From NCBI GenBank assembly GCA_045863395.1, contig BTVJ01000049.1:1-53664 (forward strand): 53,664 nucleotides of DNA, written 5' to 3'. The DNA comes from Myxococcales bacterium (lineage in GTDB: Bacteria; Myxococcota_A; UBA9042; JABWCM01; BTVJ01). The notes under the pieces are model-generated. The model was not told the origin of the DNA. It did no database searches and was given only the letters and a program-made list of their open reading frames with translations. Shown here piece after piece: positions 34,661 to 44,425 of this stretch (positions are counted from its first letter, which is position 1; the number at the start of each line of letters is the position of its first letter). The position numbers and the translations under genes are program-made.

Positions 34661-35086
34661 ATGAAGCGCCACGAGTCGATGCAGCCTGCTCCCTACGGTC
34701 TCTACGTCGCCACCAGCGGCATGGACGTGCGCTTCGTCGGCGCCGACGGAGACCTCCTCGAGGGCCTGCCCGGGGTGACCTACCGCCGCGTGCCGACCCT
34801 CCTCGCCCTGCTCCTGGCGCCTGTGCTCGGCGGCGCCTTCGTCATGGCCTTCCCGCTGGTCGTGCTCACGGTGTCCGTCGGAGGCCTCCTGACCGTGGCC
34901 GCGAGGGGCGCCCGCAAGGCCGCAGCAGACGGCGCCTTGTTCGCCGGCCCCCGCTGGGAGCCCGCGACCTCCTACCTGTCCAAGGGTGAGAAGAAGGGTG
35001 ACCCCGACGAGGTCCCACCCGAGCTCAACGATCTCAAGTCCGAGGTGGACGCACGGCGCGCCGACGAGGACTCCCCGCGAAGCTGA
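34661..35086 (+). CDS. Small membrane protein
   Basis: AGGAGG RBS; long hydrophobic segment LLALLLAPVLGGAFVMAFPLVVLTVSVGGLL. Confidence 0.8.
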   Translation: MKRHESMQPAPYGLYVATSGMDVRFVGADGDLLEGLPGVTYRRVPTLLALLLAPVLGGAFVMAFPLVVLTVSVGGLLTVAARGARKAAADGALFAGPRWEPATSYLSKGEKKGDPDEVPPELNDLKSEVDARRADEDSPRS

Positions 35087-35146
35087 CCCCACCCGGCAGT
35101 CACCACGCCGGCCAGATGGGACCTCGCACGGTCCCGCCGGCCCACG

Positions 35147-36160
35147 TCACCCGTCCCGTCGCGCCGCAGGTACATCAGGCGTCGCGCCCGCCTCCCAACC
35201 GCGGACCCACGCGCCGACCACGCGAGCCACGTGCGGGTGGTTGAGGTAGCCGTAGAGCTTGTGGGGGTTGCTGCCCTCGCGTCCGACCCAGAAGGTGTGT
35301 ATCCGCGGGTGGTCCTGGATGTCGCAGCCCAGGCCGCGCATCGGCAGGAAGTCGTCCGCGACCGTCGCGTCGTGGGCCACGAAGTCGTCATGGGCCGCGA
35401 CGTTCACCCACGAGGAGACGTTTCGGGGGTACCGGCCGTCGGGAGGCTCATTCGAGTCGTAGAGCGCGCCCTGTACGGCAGGCTCTCCGAGGGGCGAGCC
35501 GAGCGTGATCCACAGCCCGATCCGCCGGTCATGGTAGCGAGCGTACTCGCTCATCTGGGAGAACTTCCACAGCACGTCATACGCCACGACGCACCCCATG
35601 CTGTGCGAGACGATGCAGATGTCGTCCCCATCGTCCAGCGCCCGCTTGAGAGGCTCCTGCAGACGCACGCGGATGGCCGATCCCTCCCTCCGGCTCCCGA
35701 TGTATCGATCCAGATCCGGGAGAGCCCTGCGGATGATCCGGCGCGTCAGTCCGCTGGGGATGAGCGGGCTCGCCAGCCTCGCGAGGTCGTCCACGAACCG
35801 GAGGTCCCGCTCCTCCCGGATGACCCGGCGATAGTCTGCTGCGGTGTGCTGGTCCACGGAGCGTGCCTTGAGCCGTGTCAGGCTGGCGTCATAGGCGTCT
35901 GGAGGCTCGTAGAGCTTGCCATCGGCCCCGACGACCATGTCCGCGGCATTGACGTCCCCTGCGTCGAGCAGGAGGCGGTTGAGGATGTCTCCGTAGTAGA
36001 CCAGCGTCACCTTCACTTCGCCGCGCTCGATTTGACCGTGCGCCTCGGCATCCACCTGCTGGAGGCGGTGAAGCAGCGCCTCTCGCACGAGTCGCAACTT
36101 CGTGTCCCCATCTGGCTTGGTTGCCCGTCCATGCACGAACATCAGGTGCTTGTGCCCCAT
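35147..36160 (-). CDS. Cytoplasmic alpha/beta hydrolase
   Basis: LMFVHGR, nucleophile IVSHSMG, WITLGSPLG, WVNV..DDFVA, NPH..YGYL. Confidence 0.85.
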   Translation of the reverse strand: MGHKHLMFVHGRATKPDGDTKLRLVREALLHRLQQVDAEAHGQIERGEVKVTLVYYGDILNRLLLDAGDVNAADMVVGADGKLYEPPDAYDASLTRLKARSVDQHTAADYRRVIREERDLRFVDDLARLASPLIPSGLTRRIIRRALPDLDRYIGSRREGSAIRVRLQEPLKRALDDGDDICIVSHSMGCVVAYDVLWKFSQMSEYARYHDRRIGLWITLGSPLGEPAVQGALYDSNEPPDGRYPRNVSSWVNVAAHDDFVAHDATVADDFLPMRGLGCDIQDHPRIHTFWVGREGSNPHKLYGYLNHPHVARVVGAWVRGWEAGATPDVPAARRDG

Positions 36161-36521
36161 GCGTCCCTCGCTGCTCTTCGGATTGAGGCCAAAGGTGGAT
36201 GGCTGACCGTACACCCGCCTGCCCCGGCGCTGCAACAACTCTCCCGTCCGGGGGTCGCGCTGGCACGGAGTGACGCGCCTGAGGCCGCGTGGTGGTCGAC
36301 CCGGTCCCTCACGCCCGCGTCATGGGGCCTCGTCGCTCACCAGCACGCGCGCGTCGACGGTCCCGTCACAGTCGCCGTCCATGCCAGGGAGGGGCTGGAC
36401 GCGGCGCGGCGGGCAGACCGACCAAGGGCGCCAGGCACGGGCGCCCCAGGGTGTGCTCAGGAGCGCGGTGCGCTCAACCCATGGAGGCAGCGGAGATACG
36501 CGTCAGAGGGTCTGGGGCCCG

Positions 36522-37316
36522 TCAGTGGGGAGCTGGTCGAGGCGTCGGACGCTCTGCCAGGGACTCGAGCGCCAGCAGCAGCGCCTTGGAGAGCGCCTCC
36601 TCGCAGCGCGCTCCCTCCACGATGGACCCGAGGGTCTCCAGGAGCGCCTCCTCTCCGGGCGCGGGGAGGATGGCCTCGCCGCTGGTCGTCGTGGCGAAGC
36701 GGAGCAGGTGCCAGTCGAGGGCCGCCTGGAACAGGACTCGCGCGAGGTTGGCAGAGGCCAGGGTGAGCTGCGGGTCGACGCCGCCGGCCCCATCTTGGAG
36801 GTCCTGCACCTGGGCCGGCGTCGCCCAGGCCACGGCGCCGAGGCACTGCGTGTCGCGATCGACGAGCGCGATGCGGCGGATCCGGCCGCTCTTGCGCTCG
36901 CCCTCCAGCGCGTAGACGGCATCCCACACGCCCCTGGCGTGGTCGGGCGCGAACAGGCCCAGGTCCGTGGCGGCTCCCGGCTCGCTCCCCGACACGCCAC
37001 GAGGCGGAGACTGGTCGGCCCCGGCCGCGTCGACCCTCAGCACGGCGTCACGCCAGCCCTCGAGGTCTCCGTTTCCTAGGGGGACGAGGCAGGGAGCCAG
37101 CGCGTTGCCGCCTGGCGAGAAGGTGACGTTCGCGCTCCCGTCCGGGAGCTCCTCGGCGACGAGGATCCCTTTGGCCTGCGCGACCGCAAACACCGTCTGG
37201 ACGAGCTCTTCGAGCTCCAGCCCCTCCGGAGGAGCCGCGCTGCCGCTCCGCGCCTGCCGCACCAGCGCCCCCCAGGCAGCTCGCTGCGCTGCGCTCAACA
37301 CTGCCGCCCACTCCAT
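36522..37316 (-). CDS. Hypothetical protein
   Basis: GAGGAGG RBS before ATG 37316; 264 aa with protein-like composition and no recognised motif. Confidence 0.65.
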   Translation of the reverse strand: MEWAAVLSAAQRAAWGALVRQARSGSAAPPEGLELEELVQTVFAVAQAKGILVAEELPDGSANVTFSPGGNALAPCLVPLGNGDLEGWRDAVLRVDAAGADQSPPRGVSGSEPGAATDLGLFAPDHARGVWDAVYALEGERKSGRIRRIALVDRDTQCLGAVAWATPAQVQDLQDGAGGVDPQLTLASANLARVLFQAALDWHLLRFATTTSGEAILPAPGEEALLETLGSIVEGARCEEALSKALLLALESLAERPTPRPAPH

Positions 37317-37391
37317 GTCGCACCTCCTCGTGGAGACGCCCGATGGTGCGCCCATCCGGCAACAGCGTCAACCGCCGGGCGTCGCTCGACC

Positions 37392-37721
37392 GCAGCGCTC
37401 GTCGGGCGCCAACGCTGGACATGCGTGGTCGCTCGACGCACCGACGCGATCATCGCGGGGGGCGCGCTGTTCGTCGAGGGCAGCTCCGCGCGGCTCGGCC
37501 TGATGGCCACCGCCCCGGGGGCGAGGAGGCAGGGAGCCCAGCGCGCCCTGCTCGCCCGCCGCCTCCAGCTCGCGGCGCGCGCAGGTGCACGGCTCGAGTC
37601 CGTCGAGACCGGCAGCCCCGGGCCCCTGGGACCCGGACCGTCGTATCGGAACATCCTGCGGTGCGGATTCGAGGCCGCCCACGAGCGCCCGAGCTTGCGC
37701 TTCCCAGCCAGCGTCTCCTGA
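37392..37721 (+). pseudogene. C-terminal fragment of a GNAT acetyltransferase
   Basis: AALVGRQRWTCVVA..AGGALFV..LGLMATAPGARRQGAQRALLARR..VETG..PSYRNILRCGF..ERP. Homology-like sequence begins before any start codon, and the N-terminal half is absent. Confidence 0.65.
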
Positions 37722-37725
37722 CAGG

Positions 37726-39321
37726 TCACCGCCGCCGTGGCTCCTGGCGGCCGAAGAGGCGGCCCAGAGGGTCGTCGAGCGTGAGGGAGCCGCGGCCCCA
37801 GAAGCCCTGGCGCGGGTCGTAGCCGAGGTTGGCGCCGAAGCGGAGGCCGTCCTCCTGCCAGCGGGCGCCGAGCTCGCCCTGCGGGCCCAGGTGCGTGACG
37901 CCGAGGTTTCCGCCCAGCCACAGCGACCCCGTCCGGTAGCTCGCGTCGAAGCGACCCTCGGCGGTCTCGTCCGGGTCGTAGTCCAGGGTGCCGAGGCGCG
38001 ACACGGGGAAGGTCGTCGAGGCCTGGAGCTCGAGCCCGGCGTCGCGCAGCGCGAGCGCGAACTTCTGGAAGATCTGGACATTGTAGGGCTTGTCGCTCGT
38101 CGTCGGCGAGCCGCTCTCGTGGAAGTCGCCACCGAGCGCCGCCTCGAGGCGCCAGACGTCGCCGGGGGTCAGCACCGCCTTCACTGTTGCGCGCATGTGG
38201 TCCCCGCTGTTCGTGACGACGTGGCTCACGCCGGCGCTCAGATCCAGCGTCTCGAGGAGGGGGTACTTCAGCAGCAGGGTCGACAGCAGCGCCGTGCGGG
38301 ACGGGTCGAGGGGGAGCTCGACGTCCGTGCTGACGCGCAGGGTGAGCCCCGGGAGCAGGTTCGGGCTGTCCCAGAGCCCCATCACGAGGCAGGCGAGGGC
38401 GAGCCCGACGCCCCCCTGGATGAGCGCCGAGGTGCCCGACAGGTTCCCTTCGCCGCCGAAGAGCATGTCGACGAGGGCAAACGGGGTCCACTTGCCCCAG
38501 GTGATGGGCTGGCCACGGAAGAGGCCGACCACGTCGTCGCGCGCCTCCCATGGGTCCTTGGCGTGGGCGGGGATGCAGGCCCAGGCGTAGTAGAGGAGGT
38601 CCGCCCCGAAGAACCACTGGATGAGCGCGGCGCCCACCATGGCGTCCGTGCCGGCGATGTCCTGGACGAGCTTGGCGGCGGCCCCCTGGATGGCGAGCTG
38701 CACGGGCCGGTAGCCGTTGGAGGTGAGCTGCGCGTCTCCCCTCACCAAGTTGTAGCAGAGATAGTCGGACAGGGAGACGACGGCCGCTGCGGAGAGGACC
38801 GTGACCACCTTCTCCCACGTCTCCTTGGCGGCCGGGTCGCCGAGAGAGGCCCGGATGTCTGCGCCAGCGAGGTGGATGCGGGACGGGTCCTCGGTGTCGC
38901 CGAGGGGGGCGCGGCTCTGCACCATGGCGACGGCGTCGAGCAGCTCCGTCAGGACCCTCTGGCTCCGCACCTCGACCAGCGCCCGCACGATGCGCTCGAC
39001 CTTCTGGCGGAGCTGAGGGTCGATTGCGTCGCGCCGGCTCGCATCCTCCTCGGTCTCCGGGCGCCAGCCGTCCGGGCCCGACTTGTCGTATGGGAGGCCG
39101 GTGTTCAGCGGGTCCTCGTCGCCCCTCTTCGGCGGGGTGGTCTCCCGCCGCAGGTCGGGGGACTGCGTGCGGAAGGTCGGCGCGACGAGGCGGTGCTGGC
39201 GCTCGTAGCCGAGCGGCTTCAGGCGCTTGCGCACAGAGCTCTCGATCTCGGGGGTCTCGCGCTGGTCGGTGGGGGTGTCCGTGTCCAGTCCGGGGAGCTG
39301 CTGTCCGTCGAAGTCGCTCAT
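37726..39321 (-). CDS. Hypothetical 531-aa protein (disordered N-terminus, helical/hydrophobic middle, beta-strand-rich C-terminus)
   Basis: GAGGAGG RBS before ATG 39321; typical codon usage. Confidence 0.75.
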   Translation of the reverse strand: MSDFDGQQLPGLDTDTPTDQRETPEIESSVRKRLKPLGYERQHRLVAPTFRTQSPDLRRETTPPKRGDEDPLNTGLPYDKSGPDGWRPETEEDASRRDAIDPQLRQKVERIVRALVEVRSQRVLTELLDAVAMVQSRAPLGDTEDPSRIHLAGADIRASLGDPAAKETWEKVVTVLSAAAVVSLSDYLCYNLVRGDAQLTSNGYRPVQLAIQGAAAKLVQDIAGTDAMVGAALIQWFFGADLLYYAWACIPAHAKDPWEARDDVVGLFRGQPITWGKWTPFALVDMLFGGEGNLSGTSALIQGGVGLALACLVMGLWDSPNLLPGLTLRVSTDVELPLDPSRTALLSTLLLKYPLLETLDLSAGVSHVVTNSGDHMRATVKAVLTPGDVWRLEAALGGDFHESGSPTTSDKPYNVQIFQKFALALRDAGLELQASTTFPVSRLGTLDYDPDETAEGRFDASYRTGSLWLGGNLGVTHLGPQGELGARWQEDGLRFGANLGYDPRQGFWGRGSLTLDDPLGRLFGRQEPRRR

Positions 39322-39555
39322 GGCTCGCCTCCTCGAGCCGTCCCTTCCGGGCGCGAGGCGTCGTCGTCGGACTATCTCGACCCGGATGTGCGTGGCTCCG
39401 CGTCGGCGACGACGGCCCCGGGGCGGGCCTTGGGGCGCTGCGGTGACGCAGGCGCACACTGCCGGCAGGATGGCGAGGGATGGCGGGAGTGGATCCTCTG
39501 CGGCATCAGCGCGTTCACGGTGGGGTCCCCACTGGACGGGGACCGGAGGTCGCCC

Positions 39556-40584
39556 ATGAACCGTGTCGCCGCGCTCGTCGCCCTCGGACTCCTCGCCGCT
39601 CCCCCCGCGACCGCCGATCCTGCCTGGACGGTGGGCGCGGCCATCACCCACGACAACCTCACGGTGTTCCCGCTCATGGCCACGGGCACCATCGATCCGA
39701 CGGACCTGTTGACGCTCGAGGAGGCCTTCCTGCTCGGGGTCATCCAGGTCGCCGAGATCGCTGCCGACCCGCCCGAGCAACCCGTGCTTCAACGGAATCC
39801 CGTGCGCAGCAATCGCCTCCAGGAGCAGGTGCAGAGCCACGGCGACGGGGCCCGAGTCAACGCCGTTGCGGTGTCGAACACCGGAGACAAGGCCATCCTG
39901 CTGATGGCCGGGGACGTGATCCTGGGTGGCAAGCAGGATCGGGTCATCGGGAAGGACACCCTCGTGCCGAGCGGCGCGGCTGCCATGGAGGTCGGCGTCT
40001 TCTGCGTGGAGCACGGGCGCTGGTCCGGTCAGACCGCGATCTTCAAGGCGAGCGGCAAGCTGGGGCACTCGAAGCTGCGCGACAAGGCGGTGTTCGCGGG
40101 TGACCAGTCCGCCGTCTGGGCCGAGGTCGCCGAGACCAACGTCAAGAACAAGGCGCACACGGCGACGGACACCTATCGGGCGACCCTCGACGCCTCCACG
40201 GCGGGCGCAGACGTGGACGCGACCGTCGCGGCCATTCTGCCTCCCCTGGCCAGCGAGGCGCGCGCAACGGGCCTCGCCGTCGCCATCGACGGCCGCGTCG
40301 TCGCACTCGAGGGCTTCGCCAACCCAGCCCTCTTCGCCAAGGTGCGAGAGAAGCTGGTGCGCTCCTACGCCCTCGAGGCCGCCACGTCGACGACCCCCCA
40401 CAAGGGCGCGCCGGGAGTCGGGGCAGTCGACGCGTTCCTCGCGCAGATGGCGGAGACGACGGGGACTGGGGAGGTCCACTCGGGAGGCGCGGCCAACGCC
40501 TTCGAGGAGAGCGACGCAATCCAAGGCGTACGCACCCTGTCCTCGGACAAGAAGGCCGTCCACCAGTATTACAAGGCGAAATAG
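39556..40584 (+). CDS. Secreted ARPP-1/DUF6569-like protein
   Basis: Signal peptide; NLTVFPL, LTLEEA, LLMAGDVILGGKQDRVI, VFCVEHGRW, DQSAVWAEV, KLVRSYALEA. Confidence 0.8.
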   Translation: MNRVAALVALGLLAAPPATADPAWTVGAAITHDNLTVFPLMATGTIDPTDLLTLEEAFLLGVIQVAEIAADPPEQPVLQRNPVRSNRLQEQVQSHGDGARVNAVAVSNTGDKAILLMAGDVILGGKQDRVIGKDTLVPSGAAAMEVGVFCVEHGRWSGQTAIFKASGKLGHSKLRDKAVFAGDQSAVWAEVAETNVKNKAHTATDTYRATLDASTAGADVDATVAAILPPLASEARATGLAVAIDGRVVALEGFANPALFAKVREKLVRSYALEAATSTTPHKGAPGVGAVDAFLAQMAETTGTGEVHSGGAANAFEESDAIQGVRTLSSDKKAVHQYYKAK

Positions 40585-40911
40585 CGGAGACGGTGGCGCT
40601 CTGGCGTGGCTCGCACGGAGACACGAGAGCTCGGCGGTCGCACGAACGTGACGCTGGCTCAGGCCGTAACACGGCGACCGGCGTCGCCGCGAGCGCCATC
40701 AGCGTCCCGCAGGGCAGGAGACCACCCTGGGTCCAGGCCCTTGCGCTCGGGTTGCTCCGCGGTAGACTCACGCGACGGTGGCGGGTACGGCATGGCTCCT
40801 GCGCCGATTGGACCCATCGGAGCAGCCCGTTCGTCCTGCTCCGCAGACCCGGGTGGTGCCAGGATCGCCGCCGAGCATCGGAGGTGGACGAGTGGCATGG
40901 AGGAACGGCAC

Positions 40912-41559
40912 GTGACCCTCACCGCAGCCCCCTGCTCTGCTCGGTCCACGCGCCTCCTTTGGAGCGCGGCCCTGGTTGGCGTCACCCTCCTCTCCCCCCG
41001 GGCGGCGCCAGCACAGGAGAGCGACGACGCGGGGCTCGATCGGAGGAGCGGACCCTCCCTGTACCTGCGAGCGGGGCTCGGCTGGCTTCACCAACAGGGG
41101 CATGCTCCCCCCGTCTGCTGCGGCGAGCGCGACTCGTGGGTTGCGCTTGGTCCGACGGCGGGGCTCGGCGTGGCGTGGCAGTTCGGGCGATGGTTTCGCA
41201 TCGCTGCCGACGGCCGCTACGCCTTCCTGCGCACTGACGAGGCCGGGCTCATGGAGAACGCCACGGTCACGCTCCACCACGTCCAGGTCAACCTGGTGCC
41301 CGAGCTGGTCGTGCCGCTCGCGGCTCGGTTCGCCCTCCGCGTAGGGATCGGCGCCGGGTGGGACGCCCTCGTCGGGGCGGGGGGCGAGGGACCTGAGGCC
41401 GAGGACGTCGACGAGTCCTGGTTCAACGTCCTGGCGCGCATCGGGCTGGAGGTGGCGGTCGACCGCTCGCTCGACCTCGGCGTCGACCTGCAGGCCGGGC
41501 TGATCCCGATCACGCTGGACTACGGTGCCACGACGGCCACCGCCACGTGGCGCTTCTGA
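40912..41559 (+). CDS. Outer-membrane beta-barrel protein (small, OmpA/OmpW-like)
   Basis: GGAGG before GTG 40912 (alternative ATG 40897), signal peptide, alternating amphipathic strands, C-terminal TWRF. Confidence 0.75.
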   Translation: MTLTAAPCSARSTRLLWSAALVGVTLLSPRAAPAQESDDAGLDRRSGPSLYLRAGLGWLHQQGHAPPVCCGERDSWVALGPTAGLGVAWQFGRWFRIAADGRYAFLRTDEAGLMENATVTLHHVQVNLVPELVVPLAARFALRVGIGAGWDALVGAGGEGPEAEDVDESWFNVLARIGLEVAVDRSLDLGVDLQAGLIPITLDYGATTATATWRF

Positions 41560-41628
41560 GCGGCATCGTGGATGGTACCACCCGACGAGCCGTCCGCCGT
41601 TCCTCGCCTCCCACGAGGTCCGGGCCGG

Positions 41629-42495
41629 CTACTCGCAGATCTTGGCGTCGCTGGACTTGCTGAAGCTGAGGTTCGCGTAGCCACCCTGCAGGAACGTATC
41701 CTTCGCATAGTCATAGATGCCGATGTCGGCGGACGTCCCGCTCTCGTAGGTCACGATGACCGTGTATCTCGCCTGCCCCACGGGGTTGGCCTCGTCGAGG
41801 CGCCAGGAGACGTAGCGCCCCACTTTCTTCCTCTTGTTGCTGCCCTCGGCCTCCTCCCACTTGCAGGCCGTGCGGTCGTCGTTGAAGCGGTAGTAATTGC
41901 TGCTGCCATCGTAGGCGTGGTAGCGGTACCAGAGTCCGACCAGCTCCTCCTCACGGTCCGTGAGCGCGGCGCCCGCTGTGGATCCGCCGCCGCCGGGGTC
42001 TGACCCGCCGGAGGACCCATCGGCGTCTCCACCCTGGCCCGGGGCTGGTGCGGTGAGCACCCCGGACACCGTCGTGGTGCCGGCGCAGGAGCCGTCGCTG
42101 TCGGCATACGTCCACGCGACGGTGCCGGACAGCGACTGGGGCCCTACGGTGAGGACCTGGTTGCTGACGGTGATGGTCCCCTCATCCTCGTCCGACGTCC
42201 CGGACAAAGTGAGCGTGGTGGGTCCCACGGCCCCACTCCAGACAAGGCCGCTGGCGTCGACCGTCGCCTGGCACTGGGTCTGGGTGATCGTCCACGAGGC
42301 CGTGCGCTCCTTGACCTTCCCGCCGCACTGCGACTGGTCCAGGGTCTCCTGGACCGTCCAGGTCCCCCCGACGCTCGCGCATGCGCCGCCGGTCCCGCCC
42401 CCTCCGAGGGTCCCGTCGGTTCCCTTCGAGGTCTCGCAGGCGAGGAGCACCACGGACAGGGACAGCAGGCACATGGCTCCCTTCACTTGTCGCAT
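41629..42495 (-). CDS. Hypothetical lipoprotein with two beta-rich domains
   Basis: Lipobox LLAC; ATG overlaps the upstream TGA (TGATG); VGGTWTV and ELVGLWY lipocalin-like starts. Confidence 0.8.
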   Translation of the reverse strand: MRQVKGAMCLLSLSVVLLACETSKGTDGTLGGGGTGGACASVGGTWTVQETLDQSQCGGKVKERTASWTITQTQCQATVDASGLVWSGAVGPTTLTLSGTSDEDEGTITVSNQVLTVGPQSLSGTVAWTYADSDGSCAGTTTVSGVLTAPAPGQGGDADGSSGGSDPGGGGSTAGAALTDREEELVGLWYRYHAYDGSSNYYRFNDDRTACKWEEAEGSNKRKKVGRYVSWRLDEANPVGQARYTVIVTYESGTSADIGIYDYAKDTFLQGGYANLSFSKSSDAKICE

Positions 42496-43502
42496 CACTT
42501 GCACTCCTTCTCGCACATGCAGTTGTCCCCGGTGCAGCAGCCGGGGAGTCCCTTGCAGGTCTGGAGGCAGTCGCTGCAGTTGTCGGTGAAGATTCCCGAG
42601 GGGGGTGTGCACCAGAGCTCCCCCCAGACCGCGTCCTTGTGGCACGGCCACCCGGCGGGGCACCCGGGGCTCGGCTGCTTCGCGGTGTCCTTCGCGCACG
42701 GGATCGCGCATGTCCCCGAGGTCCCCTTCGTGCACATCCAGCCGGGCCCGCAGTCGGCCGCCTGCGTGCAGCTCGACTTCCTGCAGATCTTCCACGTGTC
42801 CGGGCACCACATGCCGGGTGCAGGGCACGACGCGTCGGTCGTGCACTTGACCACGCACGCGCCGCCCGACGTGGCCGTGCCTCCCAGCTCCGCGCAGGAC
42901 TTCGAGAACCAGGGGTCGGTCCCTCCGCCACCTCCAGAGCTGCCCGGGAGCTCGAACTGTGCTCCTGCCCAGGTGGCACAGGACGGCGCGCTGTCCGGGT
43001 GGGGGCTGTCGTTGCCCACGAGGAACACCCCGTGGTCGTGCCGCACGAAGTAGACACACTCCCCGCACAGCAGGCTCGCGAAGCAGGTCACGCTCCCGGT
43101 GTAGAGGTCCACCAGGGTCTGCCGCGTCTCCACGGGCGAGCAGGGCGCGTCGAGGATCTCAGTGATGGCCCCGTCCGCCGAGACCTCCAGCGAGAGCTCC
43201 GTGACGTCTCCGGGATCGCCGTCGCGGGTCGCCGTGTGGCTGCCTGGGGGGAACGGGCACGCGGAGAGCCCGCCACCTCCCTCACCGCCGCCACCTCCTG
43301 CGCCTCCGAGGTCTCCATCACCCGCTCCGCCACCGCCCGCCCCCGAACCGCCCGCGCCGGTGTTCACGCCGGCGCTCCCACCGCCCCCGCTGTCGCACCC
43401 CATCGTGCCTGCCAGGAGTGCTGCGAGCGCGAGCGCCAACGGGACCAAGACGCGGCGCCTTCCCGAAGCCTCGAACCTCCTGCCCGTCCTCGGCGCATCC
43501 AT
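42495..43502 (-). CDS. Cys-rich lipoprotein
   Basis: GGAGG RBS, lipobox-like TMGC, Gly-rich linker, CxxxxxC modules; translationally coupled to the next gene. Confidence 0.78.
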   Translation of the reverse strand: MDAPRTGRRFEASGRRRVLVPLALALAALLAGTMGCDSGGGGSAGVNTGAGGSGAGGGGAGDGDLGGAGGGGGEGGGGLSACPFPPGSHTATRDGDPGDVTELSLEVSADGAITEILDAPCSPVETRQTLVDLYTGSVTCFASLLCGECVYFVRHDHGVFLVGNDSPHPDSAPSCATWAGAQFELPGSSGGGGGTDPWFSKSCAELGGTATSGGACVVKCTTDASCPAPGMWCPDTWKICRKSSCTQAADCGPGWMCTKGTSGTCAIPCAKDTAKQPSPGCPAGWPCHKDAVWGELWCTPPSGIFTDNCSDCLQTCKGLPGCCTGDNCMCEKECK

Positions 43503-43755
43503 CGTGTGAATCCCTCCGCTGTTGGCTCCGACGCGAGATCCCATGCCGAGCGACGCCACCCACAGCGGGGTGCGCGTCCACAAATACAGGACAAGGAGAC
43601 ACGTTACGCCCAATTCAAGAGGTCGCGCAATCCACTTCTCGTGATCGACGGAACGTACCTTCCGTCCAGCGCTGTACCCGCCCAACGGGTCGACGCCGAG
43701 GGACCCGACACCACGCTGCGCGAGGCCCGACGCCCCAAGGGGTGGCGTCAGCGGG

Positions 43756-44005
43756 TCAGGCCTGGCCGCTCGCGACGAGGATGACGCGCAGCGCGAGGCC
43801 GCCGGCGAGGAGGAGGGGGGCGACGACGGTGGGGCGAAGGGCCCGGCGGGACTCCAGGTGATCCAGCGCGAAGGGGAAGTGGAGGCTGGCGACCACCACG
43901 AGGGACCAGGGGGTCGCCGTGTAGGGGCCGCCGAGGAAGAGCGAGAGGGCCTCCTGTTCGCGGGCGCCGGAGGTGCCGAGGCCGATGAGGAAGAGGACGA
44001 GCAGG
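43756..44005 (-). pseudogene. Degenerate copy of NrfD-family 3' end (direct repeat copy 1)
   Basis: Translates LLVLFLIGLGTSGAREQEALSLFLGGPYTATPWSLVVV..GGLALRVILVASGQA*. About 16 substitutions and one 3-nt indel versus 50388..50640. Confidence 0.9.
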
Positions 44006-44022
44006 AGCGGGCGGAGCTGGCG

Positions 44023-44283
44023 TCACCGGACGCCCGCCGCCGCAACCGCGGCCGCCATGAGCACGCATGCGAAGAAAGCCGCGAAGGCCGCGACGAAGCG
44101 CCGCCGCCAGGGCGCCGCCTCGGGGCGGAAGCGCGTCGCATCGAAGAAGGCGACGCCGTGGGTGGCGAGGTACCCGAGCGTCACGCCCGGGGCCCGCAGG
44201 CGGACCATCTGGACCGCGCTCCACGCGGCGACGGTCCAGGCGACGGCGGCGAGCGCGCCCAGCAGCGCGGCGAGCACGGTCAT
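44023..44283 (-). CDS. Small two-TM membrane protein
   Basis: GGAGG RBS; 86 aa with two hydrophobic helices. Confidence 0.65.
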   Translation of the reverse strand: MTVLAALLGALAAVAWTVAAWSAVQMVRLRAPGVTLGYLATHGVAFFDATRFRPEAAPWRRRFVAAFAAFFACVLMAAAVAAAGVR

Positions 44284-44425
44284 CTTGCCTCCTTCTGCGC
44301 CGCCTTCCATCGCGGTGCGGGGACGCGCCCCATGATCACGAACACCGAGGAGTGACACCGAGGAGGTTGGAGGGGCGAGCGGCGCTGGTCGGCGGGGCAA
44401 CGCAGCGGGAGTTCCGGCTGAAACG

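Noticed and set aside
36260..36276. TGGCACG sigma54-like -24 box
   Set aside because: No TTGC/TGC at the required -12 spacing.
36320..36400. Minus-strand MDGDCDGTVD peptide resembling a MopE-related repeat remnant
   Set aside because: Too short (~20 codons) to distinguish from chance, so not called.
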